Shown piece by piece: positions 43,816 through 53,499 of a stretch of 64,000 bases of DNA (position 1 is its first letter; every line of letters begins with the position of its first letter). The stretch is from an uncultured Acidobacteriota bacterium (GTDB lineage Bacteria > Acidobacteriota > Thermoanaerobaculia > Multivoradales > SZUA-115): contig CAWDVR010000001.1 in the NCBI GenBank assembly GCA_963805975.1, positions 1,280,001 through 1,344,000 of the forward strand. The letters are read 5' to 3'. The notes under the pieces were generated by a model. It saw only the letters and a program-made list of their open reading frames with translations. It did no database searches and had not been told where the DNA came from. Both the position numbers and the translations under genes were made by a program.

Positions 43816-45003
43816 CTACCCACCCGCCTCGACGATCAGCGCGATACCCTGCCCGCCGCCAATACAGGCTGAGGCCACTCCCACCCCACCGCCCCGCCGC
43901 TTCAGCTCCTTGGCCAGGGTCAGGGTGATGCGGGCGCCGGTGGCGCCCAGCGGATGGCCGAGCGCGATGGCGCCGCCGTTGACGTTGAGCTTTGTCGGGT
44001 CCAGTCCCAGGTCACGGACACAGGCCAGGATCTGGCCGGCGAAGGCCTCGTTGATCTCGATCAGGTCGAGGTCCCCGAGCTGCATGCCGGCTTTGGCCAG
44101 GGCGGCGCGGATCGCCGGCGCCGGCCCGATACCCATGCGCGAGGGATCGACGCCCACCACCGCCCAGGCCACCAGCCGGGCGAGCGGCTCCTTGCCCCAG
44201 GCCCTGGCGCGCTCCGCGGTCGAGAGGATCAGCATGGCCGCGCCGTCGACGATGCCCGAGGCATTGCCGGCGGTCACGAAGCCATTCTCCTCGAAGGCGG
44301 GGGCCAGCTTGGCGAGGATCTCCATGGTGGTGTCCGGCCGCGGGTGCTCGTCGCGCTCGACGCGCTTCGCCTTCTTGCCCGAGCCCACCTCGACCGCCAC
44401 CACCTCTTCGGCGAGGCGGCCGCTGTCCCAGGCCGCGGTGGCCTTCTGCTGGCTCTCGAGCGCGAAGCGGTCCTGCTCCTCGCGGCTGATGCCGAAGTCC
44501 CGGGCCAGGTTGTTCGAGGTCTGCGCCATGTAGCAGCCGCAGTACGGGTCGAGGAGCGACTCCATGAGCAGGTCCTCGAGCTTGCCGTGGCCCAGGCGGT
44601 AGCCGCGCCGCGCGCCGCGCAGCACGTGCGGCGCCTGGCTCATGCTCTCGATACCGCCCACCAGGGTGACCTCGGCCTCCCCCGCCAGCATGAGGTGAGC
44701 GCCGGAGACGATGGCCTGCACGCCCGAGCCGCACAGGCGGTTGACGGTGAGCGCCGGCACCTCGATGGGCACGCCCGACCTGAGCGCCACGTGGCGGGCG
44801 CCGTAGATGGCGTCGGCCGAGGTCTGGAGAGCGTTGCCGACCACCGCGTGCTGCACTTCCTTGGGGTCGATGCCGGAGCGTTCGAAGAGGGCCCGGGCCG
44901 CGTGCACGCCCAGGTCGATAGCGGAGAGGTCGGCGAAGGAGCCGTTGTACTCGGCCATCGGCGTACGCACGCCGTCGACCAGGACGAGGTCTCTGATGTC
45001 CAT
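43816..45003 (-). CDS. Acetyl-CoA C-acyltransferase (thiolase)
   Basis: NRLCGSG, EINEAFA, NVNGGAIALGHPLGATG and CIGGGQG. Confidence 0.95.
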   Translation of the reverse strand: MDIRDLVLVDGVRTPMAEYNGSFADLSAIDLGVHAARALFERSGIDPKEVQHAVVGNALQTSADAIYGARHVALRSGVPIEVPALTVNRLCGSGVQAIVSGAHLMLAGEAEVTLVGGIESMSQAPHVLRGARRGYRLGHGKLEDLLMESLLDPYCGCYMAQTSNNLARDFGISREEQDRFALESQQKATAAWDSGRLAEEVVAVEVGSGKKAKRVERDEHPRPDTTMEILAKLAPAFEENGFVTAGNASGIVDGAAMLILSTAERARAWGKEPLARLVAWAVVGVDPSRMGIGPAPAIRAALAKAGMQLGDLDLIEINEAFAGQILACVRDLGLDPTKLNVNGGAIALGHPLGATGARITLTLAKELKRRGGGVGVASACIGGGQGIALIVEAGG

Positions 45004-45165
45004 GCGGGAGCGATCCTCCTTGCGGGTGGAACGGGGGATGGGTTCGGGAGCCGGCGCGTCTCCCTGCCTGATCAGACGGGGCCTGACCAGATGGGGGCAC
45101 GACGAGATCGAACGCGGTATCATGCGCGGCGTTCTGACCGCGCCGTCCAACGAGGAGACTTTACT

Positions 45166-45846
45166 ATGAACTCGACCGCCGTCTTAGCCGAGCTCGACTC
45201 GCTCATCGCCCGCCGCTCGATCCTCGACCACCCCTTCTACCAGGCCTGGACCGAGGGTCGGCTCACCTGCGACCAGCTCTCCACCTACGCCCGTTACTAC
45301 TACCCGCACGTCGCCGCCTTCCCCGGCTATCTCGAGACCGCGATCGCGGCCAGCGCCGACCCCGAGGTGCGCGCCGAGCTCGAGGACAACCTGCGCGAGG
45401 AGCTCGCCGTGCCCAAGCCGCACGCCGAGCTGTGGCTGGACTTCGCCCGCGGCTGCGGCCTGGCCGTGGCCGAGGTCTCGACCGCGGCCCCCGCCGCCGG
45501 CGCCCGGACCACGGTCGAGACCTTCGACCGCCTCGCCGGCCGGAGCTCCGCCTCGGCGCTCGCCGCCCTCTACGCCTACGAGAGCCAGCAGCCCGAGGTG
45601 GCCCACACCAAGGCGGCGGGCCTCGCCGGTCACTACGGGATTGCCGACGAGGCGAGCCTCGCCTACTTCACGGTCCACGCCGAAGCCGACGTGCGGCACC
45701 GCGACGGCGAGCGGCAGGCGCTCGCGCGCTGCCTCGCCGCGGGCGCCACCCGCGAAGAGATCCTGGGCAGCGCCGAGCAGGCGCTCGACGCCTACTGGGG
45801 CCTGCTCGACGGGGTCTGCCGCGAGGCTGGCATCGCCTGCAACTGA
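45166..45846 (+). CDS. CADD/PqqC-like heme-oxygenase-fold diiron protein
   Basis: HPFYQAW.EG.L, NLREE..PHAELW, YAYESQ..VA.TK and HAEADVRH; GAGGAG RBS. Confidence 0.85.
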   Translation: MNSTAVLAELDSLIARRSILDHPFYQAWTEGRLTCDQLSTYARYYYPHVAAFPGYLETAIAASADPEVRAELEDNLREELAVPKPHAELWLDFARGCGLAVAEVSTAAPAAGARTTVETFDRLAGRSSASALAALYAYESQQPEVAHTKAAGLAGHYGIADEASLAYFTVHAEADVRHRDGERQALARCLAAGATREEILGSAEQALDAYWGLLDGVCREAGIACN

Positions 45847-46886
45847 CGCCTGGCCAGGCGGTGGAACTCGCGCCGCAGCGGGTCGAGATCCGAGAAGGGT
45901 GAAGTGCGGTGCCCGAGGAGGACCAGGATGCGGTCCGCCTCGGGGTCGACCCACAGGCTGCCGCCGGGAAAACCGGGATGACCGAACGACGAGGCCGAGA
46001 GCGTGCTCCCGGCCGAGCCCGCCACGGTCCGCTTCCACCAGCCGAGCACGTGGCTTCCCGGGCCGGCCAGGGCCTCGCGGAGCCGCAGCCCTACCAACAG
46101 GGTCCTGCTGCGCGGCAGCAGCCACTCCTTTGCCAGCCGCCATAGATCCTCCGCCGTGCCGAAGAGGCCGGCGTGCCCCGCCAGGCCGCCCAGGAAGCGG
46201 GCGTTGCCGTCCTGGACCCGGCCCCAGGCGGGAGCGGGCAGCGGCTCGATCTCGAGGCCCAGCCCGGCCGCCAGGCGCACCTCCTGGCCGGTGTCGATGA
46301 GACAGGCCGCCGCCCCGGTCACGGCGCCCGGCGACGGGCGGACGGTCTTGAGGTCGAGCGGCATCAGGACGTGGCGGGCCAGGAGCCGTCCCAGGCCGTC
46401 GATCAACCGCTCCTCGGCCGCGAAGCCCCACAGGATGTAGCCCAGGTCGCTGTAGACCCCGCGCTTGCCCCCCAGCGCCGATCCGGAGAGCAACGCCGCC
46501 AGCGCCGCGGGCCGGTCCGGGCAGAGGTGATAGAGCGGCGCCCAGGCCGCGAGCCCGCTCCGGTGACGCAAGAGATCGTGCAGGGCGATGGCGTCGAAGC
46601 GCGCATCGGCCTCCGGCCAGATCTCGCGTACCCGCGTCTTGAGCGGCAGCAGGCCGCTGGCCTCGAGGTAGAGGGCGAGCGTCGCCATGAACGGCTTGGT
46701 GATCGAACCGAGGTCGAAGACCGTCGCCGGGCTGGCCTCGAGGCGGGGCCGGGCCTGCTCGAGCCCGGCCGCCCCGGTCCACAGCACCCGGCTGGCGCTG
46801 CCCACCAAGCCCACGACCGAGCTCCAGGTGCCGCTCGCCACGGCACGGGCGAGGAAGCCGTCGAGGTCAGTACCCTGGCTCTTCAC
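45792..46886 (-). CDS. Serine hydrolase (beta-lactamase/AmpC-like family)
   Basis: FDLGSITK (SxxK), YSDLGY, AGHAGLF and FGHPGFPG. Confidence 0.85.
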   Translation of the reverse strand: MKSQGTDLDGFLARAVASGTWSSVVGLVGSASRVLWTGAAGLEQARPRLEASPATVFDLGSITKPFMATLALYLEASGLLPLKTRVREIWPEADARFDAIALHDLLRHRSGLAAWAPLYHLCPDRPAALAALLSGSALGGKRGVYSDLGYILWGFAAEERLIDGLGRLLARHVLMPLDLKTVRPSPGAVTGAAACLIDTGQEVRLAAGLGLEIEPLPAPAWGRVQDGNARFLGGLAGHAGLFGTAEDLWRLAKEWLLPRSRTLLVGLRLREALAGPGSHVLGWWKRTVAGSAGSTLSASSFGHPGFPGGSLWVDPEADRILVLLGHRTSPFSDLDPLRREFHRLARRQLQAMPASRQTPSSRPQ

Positions 46887-46912
46887 ACAACCCCTCTCAC
46901 GAATCCTTGGAG

Positions 46913-48061
46913 TCAGGCGTAGTTGGCGGGATCGCCGGTCTGGAAGATCACGGCGCGCTCGCCGGCACGCACCACGCCCGCCGCCGCCAGGTCCGCGAGC
47001 GCCACCAGGCACGCCGCCCCTTCCGGGCCGGCGCGGAGACCGGCGCGGCGCGCCAGGCGCGCGGTCGCCTCGGGAAGCCGCTCCTCGGCCACGGCCAGCG
47101 CCCGGCCGCCGCTCTCCCGCAGGGCGGAGAGGATGAGGAAATCGCCGATCGCCTTGGGCACCCGCAGGCCCCAGACCCGGGTTTGCGGGTCCTCCCAGGC
47201 CGGCGCCGAGTCGAGGCCCTGGTCGAAGGCGCGGACGATGGGCGCGCAACCCGCCATCTGCACTACCACCCAGCGCGGCCGGTGGCTGCCGATCAGGCCC
47301 AGCCGCTCCAGCTCGTCGAAGGCCTTGTGCATGCCGATGATGCCGGTGCCGCCGCCGGTGGGATAGAAGATCCAGTCCGGGAGCGTCCAGCCGAGCTGCT
47401 CGGCGAGCTCCAGGCCCATGGTCTTCTTGCCCTCCACCCGGTAGGGCTCGCGCAGCGTCGCCAGGTTCCAGAAACCGCCGCCCTGCCGGGCGAGGAGGGC
47501 CGCGGCCTCGACCAGGGTACCGGGGGCGGTGAGCACCTCGGCGCCGTGCTCGCGGCAGCGGTCGATCACCGTCGCCGGCGTGTCCTCCGGCATCGCCACC
47601 CGCGCCGGCAGATCGGCCGCCGCGGCGTAGGCGGCGAGCGCCAGGGCCGCGTTGCCGGCGCTCGGCAGCTCGACTCCCGGCGCACCCAGCTCGCGCGCCC
47701 GGTTGACGGCGAGCGACAGGCCGCGCGCCTTGAACGAGCCGGTGGGGTTCCCCGCTTCCTGCTTGAGCCAGACCTCGACCTCGGGCGGCGCAAAGCCCGC
47801 GATCCGCACCAGCGGGGTGGCGCCTTCCCCGAGGTCGACCCGGCGCTCGAAGTCGGCGATCGGCAGCAGCTCGCGGTAGCGCCAGAGGCTCCACGGCCGG
47901 CCGGCGAGCGCCGCTTTCAAAGCCTCGCCGCGGCGGGCGTCGAGATCGTAGGAAACCAGCCAGGGCGCCCCTGCCGGCGACAGGAAGGCGGGCTCGTCGA
48001 GCGGCGCTTCCAGCCCCGTCTTCGAGCAGACGAGGCTGCGTGCCCAGCGCTCCCCGCTCAG
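46913..48061 (-). CDS. thrC: Threonine synthase (start uncertain, possibly CTG)
   Basis: LWRYRELLP, GEGATP, NPTGSFKARG, SAGNAA, EGKKTMG and YPTGGGTG. Confidence 0.85.
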   Translation of the reverse strand: MSGERWARSLVCSKTGLEAPLDEPAFLSPAGAPWLVSYDLDARRGEALKAALAGRPWSLWRYRELLPIADFERRVDLGEGATPLVRIAGFAPPEVEVWLKQEAGNPTGSFKARGLSLAVNRARELGAPGVELPSAGNAALALAAYAAAADLPARVAMPEDTPATVIDRCREHGAEVLTAPGTLVEAAALLARQGGGFWNLATLREPYRVEGKKTMGLELAEQLGWTLPDWIFYPTGGGTGIIGMHKAFDELERLGLIGSHRPRWVVVQMAGCAPIVRAFDQGLDSAPAWEDPQTRVWGLRVPKAIGDFLILSALRESGGRALAVAEERLPEATARLARRAGLRAGPEGAACLVALADLAAAGVVRAGERAVIFQTGDPANYA

Positions 48062-49059
48062 CCCAGACGCTCCCGGATCGAGTAGCTCTCCCGCCGCCGG
48101 AAGGCCGTGGCACTGATCATGTCGGCGATCAGGCCGGTGGTCAGCACCTGGATGCCGAGGATCATCAGCAGGACGCCGAAGAGCAGCAGCGGCCGGTTGG
48201 ACAGCCACTGGCCGCGGAACCAGAGCACGGCGAGGTAGGAGTTGATGACCAGCCCGGCGGACAGCGCGAAGATGCCGATGACGCCGAAGAGATGCAGCGG
48301 CCGGCGGGTGTACCGGGTGATGAAGAGCACGGTGATCAGATCGAGGAAGCCCTTGTAGAGGCGGTCCCAGCCGTACTTGCTGGCGCCGTGGCGTCGTGGA
48401 TGGTGGCGGACCTCGATCTCCCCCACCGCGAAGCCGCGCCGGCTGGCGAGCACCGGGATGTAGCGGTGCAGCTCGCCGTAGATGTCGATCTCCGCCAGCA
48501 CCTCGCGGCGGTAGGCCTTGAAGCCGCAGTTGAAGTCGTGCAGCTCGACCCGCGCCATGCGGCGCGTCACCCAGTTGAAGAGGCGCGAGGGGTAGCGCTT
48601 GGAAGCCGGGTCGTGGCGTTGTCGCTTCCATCCGGAGACCAGGTCCAGATCGTCGTCCTCGAGCGCCGCCAGGAAGCGCGGGATCTCCTCGGGATCGTCC
48701 TGGAGATCGCCGTCCATGGTGACCAGGAGGCGGCCGGCAGCGTGGTCGAAGCCGGCCGAGAGGGCCGCCGCTTTGCCGAAGTTGCGGCGCAGGCGAACGA
48801 GCTTCACCCGCGGCTCGGCGGCGTGGACCTCCCGCACCCGCTCCGAGGTGCCGTCACTCGAGCCGTCGTCGACGAAGATGACCTCGAAGGTCCGCCCCAG
48901 CCGGCTGAGCACGTCGACGATCCGCGCCGCCAGCTCGGCCACGCTCGAGGCCTCGTTCAGGACCGGGATGACGACACTGACCCCCACCTCCGCCAGGCTC
49001 TGGGGAGTGAGTGGAGGTATGGCAGCGAGCTGCGGTACGGCTTCGAGACGGGCGGGCAC
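48058..49059 (-). CDS. GT2 glycosyltransferase (polyprenol-phosphate glycosyltransferase, ArnC-like)
   Basis: SVVIPVLNE, VDDGSSDG, RNFGKAAAL, MDGDLQDDP and two C-terminal TM helices. Confidence 0.9.
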   Translation of the reverse strand: MPARLEAVPQLAAIPPLTPQSLAEVGVSVVIPVLNEASSVAELAARIVDVLSRLGRTFEVIFVDDGSSDGTSERVREVHAAEPRVKLVRLRRNFGKAAALSAGFDHAAGRLLVTMDGDLQDDPEEIPRFLAALEDDDLDLVSGWKRQRHDPASKRYPSRLFNWVTRRMARVELHDFNCGFKAYRREVLAEIDIYGELHRYIPVLASRRGFAVGEIEVRHHPRRHGASKYGWDRLYKGFLDLITVLFITRYTRRPLHLFGVIGIFALSAGLVINSYLAVLWFRGQWLSNRPLLLFGVLLMILGIQVLTTGLIADMISATAFRRRESYSIRERLG

Positions 49060-49085
49060 GGTGCCGATTGTAGCAAGCCACCGCC

Positions 49086-51266
49086 TCAACCCATCAGCCG
49101 GTGATACTCCGCCGTGCTCTCGGCCAGCGGCTCGATCCCCAGCTCGTCGCGCAGCAGCTCGCTCAGCCGATCGTACTGGCGGCGCACCAGGTCGCGCCGG
49201 CCGACCCGGCCGTAGAGGCGCATCATCGCCACGTGGACCCGCTCCTGGAGCGGATCCGCGATGAGCAGCGAGCGGTAGGCGTCCATCGCCCGCTGCAGCT
49301 CGCCGCTCTCGAGCAGGGCCTCCCCCAGCCGGCGGAGCAGCTCGACGTAGCTCTGCAGGTAGCGCTCGCGGCGCTCGCTCACCCACCCGCCTTCCTCACC
49401 GGCGAGGAAGGGCCCACCGTGGAGCCGCCAGCCCGCCTGCCAGTGCTCGACCGCGGCGGGCAGGTCGCCTGCCTCCTGGCGCTGCCGCCCCCGCCGCAGC
49501 CAGGCCTCGAACTCGACGGTGTCGACCCGCCAGTCGATCGCCGGGCTCAGGCGGTAGACCCCGCCGTGCAGCTCGAGAGGCGGCGGCAGGCCGGGCGCGG
49601 CGCGGGTCAGGTCCCGGCGCAGGTGGCTCAGGGTGGGGTGGAAGTTGCGCGCCACCGCCGCCTCGTCCTCAGCGCCCCACACGGCATCCATCAGCTCTTC
49701 TCGGCTCGCCTGGAAGTCGGGCGAGGAAGCGAGGAAGGTGAAGACGCGGAGCGCCTTCCTGAGGGTCCAGCCGACCTCCTGCGCCTCCGCCGTCTCCCCG
49801 GCGAGGACGCGCGGCACACCGAAGAGGGCCGCGCTGACCACCGGTCCCGAGGCGGTACGCCGGCCGGCGAGGAACGGCCGGGAGACGGCGGGCGCCGGCG
49901 CGCGCAGCAGCCACAGCAGGAGGTGCTCGGCGACGGTGGTGGGCGCGGCGGGCGGCTCGGGGCCGTCGAGCGGAGCCCTCCCCACTTCGACCGTCGACAG
50001 AAGCTTCGTCAGGCCCGCGGGGAGCGGCCCCCACGCGGCGAGCTCGTGCAGCGCGGCGATCGCCACCTCCGGGGCCGGCCCGGCGGCCCGCACCGCGGCC
50101 AGGAGGGCCCGCGCCACGGCGGTCACGGCACGATCGTCATCGCCGTCTCGCCGCCGGGTCAGGAGCTCCGAGAGACCGGCCGCGGCGCGCCGGCGATCGC
50201 CCGCGGCAGCCTCGACGGCGAGCGACAACAGTTCTCCACCACCGCTACTCCCGTCGGTACCCTCGTCGGTTCTCTGGGGGGCACCGGCGAGGCGCAGGGC
50301 GGCGCGCAGCAGCGCGATCGGCGCCGCTCCCAGGAGATGAGGCCACTCGAGGGCCAGGAGAGCGCCCACGCGCAAGGGATCGGTAGCCTCGACCAAGGCG
50401 GCGAGCGCCTGCTCGGGCCGGCCCAGACTGAGCGCCACGGCCGCCAGGCGCTGGGAAGAGGCAAAGGCCCGCGCCACCGGCCATCGGCGGCCCCTTTCGA
50501 GGCGCAGGTGAGCGCTCAGCAGACGGGGCAGGCGCCGGGAGGCGGCGGTCTCGACCACCAGACCGTGGCGTTCGAGCAGGGCCCCGAGCGCCGCCAGGCG
50601 GGGATCTCCGTCCCCCCAGACCTGACGCCAGAAGCCTTCGTCGAGCATTTCACCGCCCGCCAGCTCGAGCAGCAGCTCCTGTGCTTCGGGGGGCAACGGC
50701 GCGACCACCTCCTGGCGCAGAAAGCCCGCCACGGCCGGCACGACGGCGAGGCCTTCCGCCGTCGGCTCCAGGCGCCGGCTGCCGGCGGAAAGCGCGAGCG
50801 CGAGCGGTCGCCACCAGCCGTCAGTGGCCAGCCACAGGCGCCGCACCAGCTCGGAACCATGGCCACCGGCAGTGTGTCGCTCCACGACCGCCCCCACCTC
50901 GGCCTCGCTCAGCAGCAGCTCGTGAGGAGGGATCACCGCCGCCCGGGCTCCCTCGGCAGCCGGCGGCCGTTCCGGGCCCCAGAACAGGAAGCGCACCCCC
51001 GGCGGCGCCACCCGCTCGAGGAAGTCGGCCGGGGGAGGTTCCTGCCGCGCCCACAACAGCCAACGGACCTCGGGACTGCGGCGCACAAACCCTTGCGGAG
51101 AGTCGTCGACGCTGGCCGCGCGCCGCCCTTCTTCCTGTGCGAACGCGGCCAGGGCCTCGCTCGCCCCGGCCCCGGGCCAGGCCCATAGCTGCACCCGCGC
51201 CTCGGTCTGACGACGGAGGAGGTCGACGATGCGGTGGGTGTGGGGAGGAGGATCGAGCGGCGGCAT
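49086..51266 (-). CDS. BTAD/SARP-domain transcriptional regulator with degenerate MalT-like N-terminus
   Basis: TDGW...LAL, FLRQEVV..LP, REELMDAVW, LSHLRR, GPFLAG and DPLQERVHVAMMRLY. Confidence 0.8.
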   Translation of the reverse strand: MPPLDPPPHTHRIVDLLRRQTEARVQLWAWPGAGASEALAAFAQEEGRRAASVDDSPQGFVRRSPEVRWLLWARQEPPPADFLERVAPPGVRFLFWGPERPPAAEGARAAVIPPHELLLSEAEVGAVVERHTAGGHGSELVRRLWLATDGWWRPLALALSAGSRRLEPTAEGLAVVPAVAGFLRQEVVAPLPPEAQELLLELAGGEMLDEGFWRQVWGDGDPRLAALGALLERHGLVVETAASRRLPRLLSAHLRLERGRRWPVARAFASSQRLAAVALSLGRPEQALAALVEATDPLRVGALLALEWPHLLGAAPIALLRAALRLAGAPQRTDEGTDGSSGGGELLSLAVEAAAGDRRRAAAGLSELLTRRRDGDDDRAVTAVARALLAAVRAAGPAPEVAIAALHELAAWGPLPAGLTKLLSTVEVGRAPLDGPEPPAAPTTVAEHLLLWLLRAPAPAVSRPFLAGRRTASGPVVSAALFGVPRVLAGETAEAQEVGWTLRKALRVFTFLASSPDFQASREELMDAVWGAEDEAAVARNFHPTLSHLRRDLTRAAPGLPPPLELHGGVYRLSPAIDWRVDTVEFEAWLRRGRQRQEAGDLPAAVEHWQAGWRLHGGPFLAGEEGGWVSERRERYLQSYVELLRRLGEALLESGELQRAMDAYRSLLIADPLQERVHVAMMRLYGRVGRRDLVRRQYDRLSELLRDELGIEPLAESTAEYHRLMG

Positions 51267-51275
51267 CGCGGAAGA

Positions 51276-51950
51276 CTACCGCCGTGCGGGCGGCAATCTC
51301 CGCTTCCTCCGTCGCTGCGGCTCGCCAGCCAGGCTTCGCGCTCCGGCGGCACCCTCGGCCACCGACGGCTCGTTGCCGCGCTCCGGGAACGCCGCGCTGG
51401 GGGGCGCCAGGCCCGCGGCGCTGGCTTCGGCGCTCAATACGGCAAGGCAGCGGCTGGTGATCTTGCCGATGCTCGACGGCCGGTACCCCAGATGGGCAGC
51501 CACCTCCTGCGGCTCGAGCCCGAACCAGAAACGCAGGCGCAGCAGGCGCTGGTGCCGCTGCGGTAGGCGCGCGAGGAGTGACTCCAGGTCGCGCGCCAAG
51601 TCCCCCATCTCCTGGGCCGGCTCGGTGGGCTCGGCCAGCCATTCGAGGGTCTCTTCGTCCACCGCCTCGTCCCGCCGGCGGCGGCGGGAGCGCCAATACA
51701 TCAGGCACTTGCGCTTCAACACGCCGACCAGCCAGTGCTGGGGATCGCGGACGGTCTCGCTCCGGTAGACCAGGGCGAGCAGCGCCTGCTGCAGAAGATC
51801 CTCGGCGTCCTCGGGCGGCACGCGGAAGCCGCGCAGCACGGCCATCAGGCGTGGCCGGAGGGCCTCGAGAAAGGCATCCTGGCCGGAGAGCGGCTCGACG
51901 CCGCGCGATGGTGTCACACCATTATTCCAAGGTTTAGAATAACCTACCAC
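51276..51950 (-). CDS. ECF-type sigma factor (start uncertain)
   Basis: EDAEDLLQQALL, WLVGVLKRKCLMYWR and region 4 LP.RHQRLLRLRF..G....EVA..LG. Confidence 0.8.
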   Translation of the reverse strand: MVGYSKPWNNGVTPSRGVEPLSGQDAFLEALRPRLMAVLRGFRVPPEDAEDLLQQALLALVYRSETVRDPQHWLVGVLKRKCLMYWRSRRRRRDEAVDEETLEWLAEPTEPAQEMGDLARDLESLLARLPQRHQRLLRLRFWFGLEPQEVAAHLGYRPSSIGKITSRCLAVLSAEASAAGLAPPSAAFPERGNEPSVAEGAAGARSLAGEPQRRRKRRLPPARR

Positions 51951-52068
51951 ATCTCATTTCCCAAGCACAACCTCCCGGCGCACAGATCCATAGCCTACAA
52001 CGAAGCCATTCTCACAATCACGACATAGTTGTGTTCCGCCCGAGGTGGGAGAGATAGGATCCGCCGCC

Positions 52069-52791
52069 ATGCCCGGGCTCCGTCCACGCTCGAAAAGTGA
52101 CCTCCTCGTGCTCGTGGCCGCCGTGCTGCCGACCGTGGCTGCGGGAGTGTACTTCGTGGGGCTGGAGGGCAACCCGCAGGCCCGGGAGGCCTATCTTGCC
52201 GCCAAGGTTCTCCAGTTCGCGCTACCCCTCGCCTGGCTGGCCCTGGTAGGCGCTCCTCTTGCGAGGCTCGGCGGTCGCCGGCCGACCGCGAAGGGCACCC
52301 TCCTGGGGCTCGGGCTGGGGCTGCTGCTCGCGGGCTCCACGGTCGCCTGGTACTTCGGCTGGCTCGCCGGCTCGCCCCTCCGCGCGGAGGTGGCGGCGCG
52401 GATTCGCACCGCTCTCGCCGACTTCCGCATCGCCACCCCGTTCGCCTACCTCGCCATGTCGGCCGGCCTGTCGTTCGTGCACGCTTTCCTCGAGGAGTAC
52501 TACTGGCGCTGGTTCGTCTTCCAACGCGCGGCTGTCTGGCTGCCCCTCCCTGCCGCGGTGACGCTCGCCAGTGCCGCTTTCGCCTCCCACCACCTGATCG
52601 TGGTGGCGCGCTATCTGCCGCCGGAGAGGTTCTGGACGCTCGCCGTGCCGGCGACTGTGGCGATCGCTTGCGCGGGCGCGCTCTGGTGCTGGCTCTTTCG
52701 CCGCACCGGGAGCCTGCTCGCGCCCTGGGTCTCGCACGTGATCGTCGACGCTGCCCTGATGGCGCTGGGCGCCTTGCTGATCTGGGGCTAG
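52069..52791 (+). CDS. CPBP (Abi/CAAX) intramembrane glutamic endopeptidase
   Basis: EEYYWR, FASHH and TGSLLAPWVSH...D motifs. Confidence 0.88.
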   Translation: MPGLRPRSKSDLLVLVAAVLPTVAAGVYFVGLEGNPQAREAYLAAKVLQFALPLAWLALVGAPLARLGGRRPTAKGTLLGLGLGLLLAGSTVAWYFGWLAGSPLRAEVAARIRTALADFRIATPFAYLAMSAGLSFVHAFLEEYYWRWFVFQRAAVWLPLPAAVTLASAAFASHHLIVVARYLPPERFWTLAVPATVAIACAGALWCWLFRRTGSLLAPWVSHVIVDAALMALGALLIWG

Positions 52792-53486
52792 CCGGCCGGC
52801 CCCTGCAGCCGGTCCCGCACCCTCTGCATGTCGTCCCAGGTGGGGCGTTTGAGGGCTTCGTTGCGCAGGATCGCGGCCGGGTGGTAGGTCACCATCAGGT
52901 CGGCGCCGCCAAAGGAGTACCACTGCCCGCGCAGGCGGCCGAGCGGCAAATCGTTGCCCAGGAGGGCCTGGGCCGCGACGCGGCCCAGCGCGACGATCAC
53001 CCGCGGCCGGATGGCCGCGATCTGGCCGTCGAGGTACGGCCGGCAGCTTTCCGCCTCGTCCGGCTGGGGATCGCGGTTGCCGGGCGGCCGGCACTTGACG
53101 ATATTGGCGATGTAGACCTGCTCGCGCTCGAGGCCGATGGCGCGCAGGATGCGCGTCAGGAGCTCGCCGGCCGGCCCCACGAAGGGCAACCCGCGGCGAT
53201 CCTCTTCCGCGCCGGGCCCTTCGCCGATCAGCATCAGGTCGGCGCAAGGGTCGCCGGAGCCGAAGACTACGGTCTTACGAGTCTCGGCCAGCCGGCAACG
53301 GGTGCAGGTGGCCGCCTCGGCCGCGAGCGCGGCGAGATCTGGCGCCTCGCCATCCGGCGTGCCGAGGGCCGAGGAGACCGGTGAGCCGGCAGAATCGGTG
53401 GACTGCCCTGGCGGGCGCCGATAGGTCTCGCCGTAACCGACCTCGCCCAGGTACCGCACCAGCTCCTCGAACGTGGTCGGCCGCAT
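52788..53486 (-). CDS. Uracil-DNA glycosylase, family 4
   Basis: CTRC.L, GEGPG..ED..G.PFVG, NIVKCRPP.NR and TYHPA. Confidence 0.93.
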   Translation of the reverse strand: MRPTTFEELVRYLGEVGYGETYRRPPGQSTDSAGSPVSSALGTPDGEAPDLAALAAEAATCTRCRLAETRKTVVFGSGDPCADLMLIGEGPGAEEDRRGLPFVGPAGELLTRILRAIGLEREQVYIANIVKCRPPGNRDPQPDEAESCRPYLDGQIAAIRPRVIVALGRVAAQALLGNDLPLGRLRGQWYSFGGADLMVTYHPAAILRNEALKRPTWDDMQRVRDRLQGPAG

Positions 53487-53499
53487 GGCGAGCGCGGGG

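Noticed and set aside
45004-45165. Riboswitch upstream of the CADD-like gene
   Set aside because: I could not recognise TPP, THF or other aptamer consensus motifs. An Rfam scan would be needed to exclude one.
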